NCBI GenBank assembly: GCA_002189035.1 | Contig: NEEC01000245.1 | Location: 1 to 18,410 of the forward strand | From: Utricularia gibba | Lineage: Eukaryota > Plantae > Magnoliophyta | Length of the DNA stretch: 18,410 bases | Direction of reading: 5' to 3' | Shown: positions 7,962 through 18,410 of the stretch, piece by piece | Numbering within the stretch: the first letter of the stretch is position 1 | Layout: each line of letters starts with the position of its first letter | The notes under the pieces: model-generated | Told to the model about the DNA's origin: nothing | Databases searched by the model: none | The model's input: only the letters and a program-made list of their open reading frames with translations | Made by a program: the position numbers and the translations under genes

Positions 7962-10900
7962 ATAATAAATACATCACTTTATTTGCCGGACTACAACTAA
8001 CTCTCGGTGCAAGCCAAACATTACCTTTGTCCCGTTCCAGGTGCACCCAAAGACCGCCTGCTCAAGTATAAAGTAAGTTGTTGAAAAAATCATGTGGGGT
8101 GCACGTGACATCATAATTTAAACAAATGCATCATTTTTTTTAATCGATTTGCATCCAGTTGACCTCATGAGCCATACAGAATCGGGGTCAAGGACCAAGT
8201 TCCCAGCGAGACTGGCCGCCACAAAACGAGAAGCGGTTCCTTGAAAAACCATGTAGGCAGCCCCCGAAAACCGAACGATAATAAATACATCACTTTATTT
8301 GCCGGACTACAACTAACTCTCGGTGCAAGCCAAACATTACCTTTGTCCCGTTCCAGGTGCACCCAAAGACCGCCTGCTCAAGTATAAAGTAAGTTGTTGA
8401 AAAAATCATGTGGGGTGCACGTGACATCATAATTTAAAGAAATGCATCATTTTTTTTAATCGATTTGCATCCAGTTGACCTCATGAGCCATACAGAATCG
8501 GGTCAAGGACCAAGTTCCCAGCGAGACTGGCCGCCACAAAACGAGAAGCGGTTCCTTGAAAAACCATGTAGGCAGCCCCGAAAACCGAACGATAATAAAT
8601 ACATCACTTTATTTGCCGACTACAACTAACTCTCGGTGCAAGCCAAACATTACCTTTGTCCCGTTCCAGGTGCACCCAAAGACCGCCTGCTCAAGTATAA
8701 AGTAAGTTGTTGAAAAAATCATGTGGGGTGCACGTGACATCATAATTTAAAGAAATGCATCATTTTTTTTAATCGATTTGCATCCAGTTGACCTCATGAG
8801 CCATACAGAATCGGGTCAAGGACCAAGTTCCCAGCGAGACTGGCCGCCACAAAACGAGAAGCGGTTCCTTGAAAAACCATGTAGGCAGCCCCGAAAACCG
8901 AACGATAATAAATACATCACTTTATTTGCCGGACTACAACTAACTCTCGGTGCAAGCCAAACATTACCTTTGTCCCGTTCCAGGTGCACCCAAAGACCGC
9001 CTGCTCAAGTATAAAGTAAGTTGTTGAAAAAATCATGTGGGGTGCACGTGACATCATAATTTAAACAAATGCATCATTTTTTTTAATCGATTTGCATCCA
9101 GTTGACCTCATGAGCCATACAGAATCGGGGTCAAGGACCAAGTTCCCAGCGAGACTGGCCGCCACAAAACGAGAAGCGGTTCCTTGAAAAACCATGTAGG
9201 CAGCCCCCGAAAACCGAACGATAATAAATACATCACTTTATTTGCCGGACTACAACTAACTCTCGGTGCAAGCCAAACATTACCTTTGTCCCGTTCCAGG
9301 TGCACCCAAAGACCGCCTGCTCAAGTATAAAGTAAGTTGTTGAAAAAATCATGTGGGGTGCACGTGACATCATAATTTAAACAAATGCATCATTTTTTTT
9401 AATCGATTTGCATCCAGTTGACCTCATGAGCCATACAGAATCGGGGTCAAGGACCAAGTTCCCAGCGAGACTGGCCGCCACAAAACGAGAAGCGGTTCCT
9501 TGAAAAACCATGTAGGCAGCCCCCGAAAACCGAACGATAATAAATACATCACTTTATTTGCCGGACTACAACTAACTCTCGGTGCAAGCCAAACATTACC
9601 TTTGTCCCGTTCCAGGTGCACCCAAAGACCGCCTGCTCAAGTATAAAGTAAGTTGTTGAAAAAATCATGTGGGGTGCACGTGACATCATAATTTAAACAA
9701 ATGCATCATTTTTTTTAATCGATTTGCATCCAGTTGACCTCATGAGCCATACAGAATCGGGGTCAAGGACCAAGTTCCCAGCGAGACTGGCCGCCACAAA
9801 ACGAGAAGCGTTCCTTGAAAAACCATGTAGGCAGCCCCCGAAAACCGAACGATAATAAATACATCACTTTATTTGCCGACTACAACTAACTCTCGGTGCA
9901 AGCCAAACATTACCTTTGTCCCGTTCCAGGTGCACCCAAAGACCGCCTGCTCAAGTATAAAGTAAGTTGTTGAAAAAATCATGTGGGGTGCACGTGACAT
10001 CATAATTTAAACAAATGCATCATTTTTTTTAATCGATTTGCATCCAGTTGACCTCATGAGCCATACAGAATCGGGGTCAAGGACCAAGTTCCCAGCGAGA
10101 CTGGCCGCCACAAAACGAGAAGCGGTTCCTTGAAAAACCATGTAGGCAGCCCCCGAAAACCGAACGATAATAAATACATCACTTTATTTGCCGGACTACA
10201 ACTAACTCTCGGTGCAAGCCAAACATTACCTTTGTCCCGTTCCAGGTGCACCCAAAGACCGCCTGCTCAAGTATAAAGTAAGTTGTTGAAAAAATCATGT
10301 GGGGTGCACGTGACATCATAATTTAAAAAATGCATCATTTTTTTTAATCGATTTGCATCCAGTTGACCTCATGAGCCATACAGAATCGGGTCAAGGACCA
10401 AGTTCCCAGCGAGACTGGCCGCCACAAAACGAGAAGCGTTCCTTGAAAAACCATGTAGGCAGCCCCCGAAAACCGAACGATAATAAATACATCACTTTAT
10501 TTGCCGGACTACAACTAACTCTCGGTGCAAGCCAAACATTACCTTTGTCCCGTTCCAGGTGCACCCAAAGACCGCCTGCTCAAGTATAAAGTAAGTTGTT
10601 GAAAAAATCATGTGGGGTGCACGTGACATCATAATTTAAAGAAATGCATCATTTTTTTTAATCGATTTGCATCCAGTTGACCTCATGAGCCATACAGAAT
10701 CGGGTCAAGGACCAAGTTCCCAGCGAGACTGGCCGCCACAAAACGAGAAGCGTTCCTTGAAAAACCATGTAGGCAGCCCCCGAAAACCGAACGATAATAA
10801 ATACATCACTTTATTTGCCGGACTACAACTAACTCTCGGTGCAAGCCAAACATTACCTTTGTCCCGTTCCAGGTGCACCCAAAGACCGCCTGCTCAAGTA

Positions 10901-13900
10901 TAAAGTAAGTTGTTGAAAAAATCATGTGGGGTGCACGTGACATCATAATTTAAACAAATGCATCATTTTTTTTAATCGATTTGCATCCAGTTGACCTCAT
11001 GAGCCATACAGAATCGGGGTCAAGGACCAAGTTCCCAGCGAGACTGGCCGCCACAAAACGAGAAGCGGTTCCTTGAAAAACCATGTAGGCAGCCCCGAAA
11101 ACCGAACGATAATAAATACATCACTTTATTTGCCGGACTACAACTAACTCTCGGTGCAAGCCAAACATTACCTTTGTCCCGTTCCAGGTGCACCCAAAGA
11201 CCGCCTGCTCAAGTATAAAGTAAGTTGTTGAAAAAATCATGTGGGGTGCACGTGACATCATAATTTAAACAAATGCATCATTTTTTTTAATCGATTTGCA
11301 TCCAGTTGACCTCATGAGCCATACAGAATCGGGTCAAGGACCAAGTTCCCAGCGAGACTGGCCGCCACAAAACGAGAAGCGGTTCCTTGAAAAACCATGT
11401 AGGCAGCCCCGAAAACCGAACGATAATAAATACATCACTTTATTTGCCGGACTACAACTAACTCTCGGTGCAAGCCAAACATTACCTTTGTCCCGTTCCA
11501 GGTGCACCCAAAGACCGCCTGCTCAAGTATAAAGTAAGTTGTTGAAAAAATCATGTGGGGTGCACGTGACATCATAATTTAAAAAATGCATCATTTTTTT
11601 TAATCGATTTGCATCCAGTTGACCTCATGAGCCATACAGAATCGGGTCAAGGACCAAGTTCCCAGCGAGACTGGCCGCCACAAAACGAGAAGCGGTTCCT
11701 TGAAAAACCATGTAGGCAGCCCCCGAAAACCGAACGATAATAAATACATCACTTTATTTGCCGGACTACAACTAACTCTCGGTGCAAGCCAAACATTACC
11801 TTTGTCCCGTTCCAGGTGCACCCAAAGACCGCCTGCTCAAGTATAAAGTAAGTTGTTGAAAAAATCATGTGGGGTGCACGTGACATCATAATTTAAACAA
11901 ATGCATCATTTTTTTTAATCGATTTTGCATCCAGTTGACCTCATGAGCCATAAGAATCGGGGTCAAGGACCAAGTTCCCAGCGAGACTGGCCGCCACAAA
12001 ACGAGAAGCGTTCCTTGAAAAACCATGTAGGCAGCCCCCGAAAACCGAACGATAATAAATACATCACTTTATTTGCCGGACTACAACTAACTCTCGGTGC
12101 AAGCCAAACATTACCTTTGTCCCGTTCCAGGTGCACCCAAAGACCGCCTGCTCAAGTATAAAGTAAGTTGTTGAAAAAATCATGTGGGGTGCACGTGACA
12201 TCATAATTTAAAGAAATGCATCATTTTTTTTAATCGATTTGCATCCAGTTGACCTCATGAGCCATACAGAATCGGGTCAAGGACCAAGTTCCCAGCGAGA
12301 CTGGCCGCCACAAAACGAGAAGCGTTCCTTGAAAACCATGTAGGCAGCCCCCGAAAACCGAACGATAATAATACATCACTTTATTTGCCGGACTACAACT
12401 AACTCTCGGTGCAAGCCAAACATTACCTTGTCCCGTTCCAGGTGCACCCAAAGACCGCCTGCTCAAGTATAAAGTAAGTTGTTGAAAAAATCATGTGGGT
12501 GCACGTGACATCATAATTTAAACAAATGCATCATTTTTTTTAATCGATTTGCATCCAGTTGACCTCATGAGCCATACAGAATCGGGTCAAGGACCAAGTT
12601 CCCAGCGAGACTGGCCGCCAAAACGAGAAGCGTTCCTTGAAAAACCATGTAGGCAGCCCCCGAAAACCGAACGATAATAAATACATCACTTTATTTGCCG
12701 GACTACAACTAACTCTCGGTGCAAGCCAAACATTACCTTTGTCCCGTTCCAGGTGCACCCAAAGACCGCCTGCTCAAGTATAAAGTAAGTTGTTGAAAAA
12801 ATCATGTGGGGTGCACGTGACATCATAATTTAAACAAATGCATCATTTTTTTTAATCGATTTGCATCCAGTTGACCTCATGAGCCATACAGAATCGGGGG
12901 ACCAAGTTCCCAGCGAGACTGGCCGCCACAAAACGAGAAGCGTTCCTTGAAAAACCATGTAGGCAGCCCCGAAAACCGAACGATAATAAATACATCACTT
13001 TATTTGCCGGACTACAACTAACTCTCGGTGCAAGCCAAACATTACCTTTGTCCCGTTCCAGGTGCACCCAAAGACCGCCTGCTCAAGTATAAAGTAAGTT
13101 GTTGAAAAAATCATGTGGGGTGCACGTGACATCATAATTTAAACAAATGCATCATTTTTTTTAATCGATTTGCATCCAGTTGACCTCATGAGCCATACAG
13201 AATCGGGTCAAGGACCAAGTTCCAGCGAGACTGGCCGCCACAAAACGAGAAGCGGTTCCTTGAAAAACCATGTAGGCAGCCCCGAAAACCGAACGATAAT
13301 AAATACATCACTTTATTTGCCGGACTACAACTAACTCTCGGTGCAAGCCAAACATTACCTTTGTCCCGTTCCAGGTGCACCCAAAGACCGCCTGCTCAAG
13401 TATAAAGTAAGTTGTTGAAAAAATCATGTGGGGTGCACGTGACATCATTTTAAACAAATGCATCATTTTTTTTAATCGATTTGCATCCAGTTGACCTCAT
13501 GAGCCATACAGAATCGGGGTCAAGGACCAAGTTCCCAGCGAGACTGGCCGCCACAAACGAGAAGCGGTTCCTTGAAAAACCATGTAGGCAGCCCCGAAAA
13601 CCGAACGATAATAAATACATCACTTTATTTGCCGGACTACAACTAACTCTCGGTGCAAGCCAACATTACCTTTGTCCCGTTCCAGGTGCACCCAAAGACC
13701 GCCTGCTCAAGTATAAAGTAAGTTGTTGAAAAAATCATGTGGGGTGCACGTGACATCATAATTTAAACAAATGCATCATTTTTTTTATCGATTTGCATCC
13801 AGTTGACCTCATGAGCCATACAGAATCGGGGTCAAGGACCAAGTTCCAGCGAGACTGCCGCCACAAAACGAGAAGCGGTTCCTTGAAAAACCATGTAGGC

Positions 13901-16900
13901 AGCCCCCGAAAACCGAACGATAATAAATACATCACTTTATTTGCCGGACTACAACTAACTCTCGGTGCAAGCCAAACATTACCTTTGTCCCGTTCCAGGT
14001 GCACCCAAAGACCGCCTGCTCAAGTATAAAGTAAGTTGTTGAAAAAATCATGTGGGTGCACGTGACATCATAATTTAAACAAATGCATCATTTTTTTTAA
14101 TCGATTTGCATCCAGTTGACCTCATGAGCCATACAGAATCGGGGTCAAGGACCAAGTTCCCAGCGAGACTGGCCGCCACAAAAACGAGAAGCGGTTCCTT
14201 GAAAAACCATGTAGGCAGCCCCGAAAACCGAACGATAATAAATACATCACTTTATTTGCCGGACTACAACTAACTCTCGGTGCAAGCCAAACATTACCTT
14301 TGTCCCGTTCCAGGTGCACCCAAAGACCGCCTGCAAGTATAAAGTAAGTTGTTGAAAAAATCATGTGGGGTGCACGTGACATCATAATTTAAACAAATGC
14401 ATCATTTTTTTTAATCGATTTGCATCCAGTTGACCTCATGAGCCATACAGAATCGGGGTCAAGGACCAAGTTCCCAGCGAGACTGGCCGCCACAAAACGA
14501 GAAGCGTTCCTTGAAAAACCATGTAGGCAGCCCCCGAAAACCGAACGATAATAAATACATCACTTTATTTGCCGGACTACAACTAACTCTCGGTGCAAGC
14601 CAAACTTACCTTTGTCCCGTTCCAGGTGCACCAAAGACCGCCTGCTCAAGTATAAAGTAAGTTGTTGAAAAAATCATGTGGGGTGCACGTGACATCATAA
14701 TTTAAACAAATGCATCATTTTTTTAATCGATTTGCATCCAGTTGACCTCATGAGCCATACAGAATCGGGGTCAAGGACCAAGTTCCCAGCGAGACTGGCC
14801 GCCACAAAACGAGAAGCGGTTCCTTGAAAACCATGTAGGCAGCCCGAAAACCGAACGATAATAAATACATCACTTTATTTGCCGGCTACAACTAACTCTC
14901 GGTGCAAGCCAAACATTACCTTTGTCCCGTTCCAGGTGCACCCAAGACCGCCTGCTCAAGTATAAAGTAAGTTTGAAAAAATCATGTGGGGTGCACGTGA
15001 CATCATAATTTAAAATGCATCATTTTTTTTTAATCGATTTGCATCCAGTTGACCTCATGAGCCATACAGAATCGGGTCAAGGACCAAGTTCCCAGCGAGA
15101 CTGGCCGCCACAAACGAGAAGCGGTTCCTTGAAAAACCATGTAGGCAGCCCCGAAAACCGAACGATAATAAATACATCACTTTATTTGCCGGACTACAAC
15201 TAACTCTCGGTGCAAGCCAAACCTTACCTTTGTCCCGTTCCAGGTGCACCCAAAGACCGCCTGCTCAAGTATAAAGTAAGTTGTTGAAAAAATCATGTGG
15301 GGTGCACGTGACATCATAATTTAAACAAATGCATCATTTTTTTTAATCGATTTGCATCCAGTTGACCTCATGAGCCATACAGAATCGGGGTCAAGGACCA
15401 AGTTCCCAGCGAGACTGGCCGCCACAAACGAGAAGCGGTTCCTTGAAAACCCATGTAGGCAGCCCCGAAAACCGAACGATAATAAATACATCACTTTATT
15501 TGCCGGACTACAACTAACTCTCGTGCAAGCCAAACATTACCTTTGTCCCGTTCCAGGTGCACCCAAAGACCGCCTGCTCAAGTATAAAGTAAGTTGTTGA
15601 AAAAATCATGTGGGGTGCACGTGACATCAATTTAAACAAATGCATCATTTTTTTATCGATTTGCATCCAGTTGACCTCATGAGCCATACAGAATCGGACC
15701 AAGTTCCCAGCGAGACTGGCCGCCACAAACGAGAAGCGTTCCTTGAAAAACCATGTAGGCAGCCCCCGAAAACCGAACGATAATAAATACATCACTTTAT
15801 TTGCCGGACTACAACTAACTCTCGGTGCAAGCCAAACATTACCTTTGTCCCGTTCCAGGTGCACCCAAAGACCGCCTGCTCAAGTATAAAGTAAGTTGTT
15901 GAAAAAATCATGTGGGGTGCACGTGACATCATAATTTAAACAAATGCATCATTTTTTTTAATCGATTTGCATCCAGTTGACCTCATGAGCCATACAGAAT
16001 CGGGGTCAAGGACCAAGTTCCCAGCGAGACTGGCCCCACAAAACGAGAAGCGGTTCCTTGAAAAACCATGTAGGCAGCCCCCGAAAACCGAACGATAATA
16101 AATACATCACTTTATTTGCCGGACTACAACTAACTCTCGGTGCAAGCCAAACATTACCTTTGTCCCGTTCCAGGTGCACCCAAAGACCGCCTGCTCAAGT
16201 ATAAAGTAAGTTGTTGAAAAAATCATGTGGGTGCACGTGACATCATAATTTAAAATGCATCATTTTTTTTAATCGATTTGCATCCAGTTGACCTCATGAG
16301 CCATACAGAATCGGGGTCAAGGACCAAGTTCCCAGCGAGACTGGCCGCCACAAAACGAGAAGCGGTTCCTTGAAAAACCATGTAGGCAGCCCCGAAAACC
16401 GAACGATAATAAATACATCACTTTATTTGCCGACTACAACTAACTCTCGGTGCAAGCCAAACATTACCTTTGTCCCGTTCCAGGTGCACCCAAAGACCGC
16501 CTGCTCAAGTATAAAGTAAGTTTTGAAAAAATCATGTGGGGTGCACGTGACATCATAATTTAAAAAATGCATCATTTTTTTTAATCGATTTGCATCCAGT
16601 TGACCTCATGAGCCATACAGAATCGGGGTCAAGGACCAAGTTCCCAGCGAGACTGGCCGCCACAAAACGAGAAGCGGTTCCTTGAAAAACCATGTAGGCA
16701 GCCCCGAAAACCGAACGATAATAAATACATCACTTTATTTGCCGACTACAACTAACTCTCGGTGCAAGCCAAACATTACCTTTGTCCCGTTCCAGGTGCA
16801 CCCAAAGACCGCCTGCTCAAGTATAAAGTAAGTTGTTGAAAAAATCATGGGGGTGCACGTGACATCATAATTTAAAAGAAATGCATCATTTTTTTTAATC

Positions 16901-18410
16901 GATTTGCATCCAGTTGACCTCATGAGCCATACAGAATCGGGTCAAGGACCAAGTTCCCAGCGAGACTGGCCGCCACAAAACGAGAAGCGTTCCTTGAAAA
17001 ACCATGTAGGCAGCCCCCGAAAACCGAACGATAATAAATACATCACTTTATTTGCCGGACTACAACTAACTCTCGGTGCAAGCCAAACATTACCTTTGTC
17101 CCGTTCCAGTGCACCCAAAGACCGCCTGCTCAAGTATAAAGTAAGTTGTTGAAAAAATCATGTGGGTGCACGTGACATCATAATTTAAACAAATGCATCA
17201 TTTTTTTTAATCGATTTGCATCCAGTTGACCTCATGAGCCATACAGAATCGGGTCAAGGACCAAGTTCCCAGCGAGACTGGCCGCCACAAAACGAGAAGC
17301 GGTTCCTTGAAAAACCATGTAGGCAGCCCCCGAAAACCGAACGATAATAAATACATCACTTTATTTGCCGACTACAACTAACTCTCGGTGCAAGCCAAAC
17401 ATTACCTTTGTCCCGTTCCAGGTGCACCCAAAGACCGCCTGCTCAAGTATAAAGTAAGTTGTTGAAAAAATCATGTGGGGTGCACGTGACATCATAATTT
17501 AAACAAATGCATCATTTTTTAATCGATTTGCATCCAGTTGACCTCATGAGCCATACAGAATCGGGGTCAAGGACCAAGTTCCCAGCGAGACTGGCCGCCA
17601 CAAAACGAGAAGCGGTTCCTTGAAAAACCATGTAGGCAGCCCCCGAAAACCGAACGATAATAAATACATCACTTTATTTGCCGGACTACAACTAACTCTC
17701 GGTGCAAGCCAAACCTTACCTTTGTCCCGTTCCAGGTGCACCAAAGACCGCCTGCTCAAGTATAAAGTAAGTTGTTGAAAAAATCATGTGGGGTGCACGT
17801 GACATCATAATTTAAACAAATGCATCATTTTTTTTAATCGATTTGCATCCAGTTGACCTCATGAGCCATACAGAATCGGGGTCAAGGACCAAGTTCCCAG
17901 CGAGACTGGCCGCCACAAAACGAGAAGCGGTTCCTTGAAAAACCATGTAGGCAGCCCCGAAAACCGAACGATAATAAATACATCACTTTATTTGCCGACT
18001 ACAACTAACTCTCGGTGCAAGCCAAACATTACCTTTGTCCCGTTCCAGGTGCACCCAAAGACCGCCCTCAAGTATAAAGTAAGTTGTTGAAAAAATCATG
18101 TGGGGTGCACGTGACATCATAATTTAAAGAAATGCATCATTTTTTTAATCGATTTGCATCCAGTTGACCTCATGAGCCATACAGAATCGGGTCAAGGACC
18201 AAGTTCCAGCGAGACTGGCCGCCACAAAACGAGAAGCGTTCCTTGAAAAACCATGTAGGCAGCCCCCGAAAACCGAACGATAATAAATACATCACTTTAT
18301 TTGCCGGACTACAACTAACTCTCGGTGCAAGCCAAACCTTACCTTTGTCCCGTTCCAGGTGCACCCAAAGACCGCCTGCTCAAGTATAAAGTAAGTTGTT
18401 GAAAAAATCA

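Larger units (their letters stand above)
1..18410. repeat. Tandem array of a 316-bp monomer, about 60 copies, all in the same orientation (satellite DNA or rolling-circle concatemer); runs off both window ends
   Basis: The unit start TGCATCATTTTTTTTAATCGAT recurs at 1, 317, 632, 946, 1239 ... 3388, 3704, 4020 ... 4649, 4965, 5281, 5597 ... 9070, 9386, 9702 ... 17821, 18133. Error-free neighbours are exactly 316 bp apart, and identical 65-aa ORFs recur at 316-bp steps (3426/3742; 4687/5003/5319; 9108/9424). Confidence 0.99.

Noticed and set aside
39-18364. The many 62-116-aa ORFs as separate genes or a diversified protein family
   Set aside because: All are frameshift recombinations of the same monomer frames produced by single-base deletions. 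The longer ones (7744-8046, 15514-15864) arise where errors remove stops.
1-18410. CRISPR array
   Set aside because: The entire 316 bp repeats. There are no unique spacers between short repeats and no cas genes.
1-18410. DRT2/Neo-type concatemer encoding a never-ending ORF, or rolling-circle translation
   Set aside because: 316 = 3x105+1, so the frame shifts every copy. The consensus ORFs are short and closed by stops, and no ORF in the track exceeds 116 aa.
1-18410. Classical rod-like viroid or obelisk-like RNA
   Set aside because: By eye the two halves are direct rather than inverted relatives. Only short local stems were found, and there is no hammerhead or large ORF. A formal circular fold was not run, so a non-rod circular RNA is not excluded.
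1-18410. Multi-monomer higher-order repeat above 316 bp
   Set aside because: The recurrent variants (position 313 G, CGG deletions) show no regular spacing among copies.

Overview
The whole 18,410-nt window is one uninterrupted head-to-tail tandem array of about 60 copies (some truncated) of a 316-bp unit, about 45% GC. There is no unique flanking DNA, no inversion and no recognisable gene. A clean consensus copy lies at 3388-3703. Copy-to-copy differences are almost all 1-nt deletions in homopolymers or GG doublets, plus a garbled stretch at about 6020-7960. This is the error pattern expected of a single long (nanopore-type) read or an unpolished contig. The ORFs in the track are the same chance ORFs repeated and frameshifted by these errors. 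The two main readings are a very homogeneous satellite DNA array or a rolling-circle concatemer of a 316-nt circle; the window alone cannot decide between them. The 316-bp unit is itself a diverged dimer of about 158-bp subunits, which favours satellite DNA. One subunit shows colinear patches of similarity to eukaryotic 5S rRNA (aligned from memory, unverified). A 73-bp segment spanning the arbitrary unit boundary holds six 6-8-bp palindromes. G losses are strongly concentrated at CGG sites, which may reflect CpG methylation of native DNA. No host taxon or known repeat family could be assigned.
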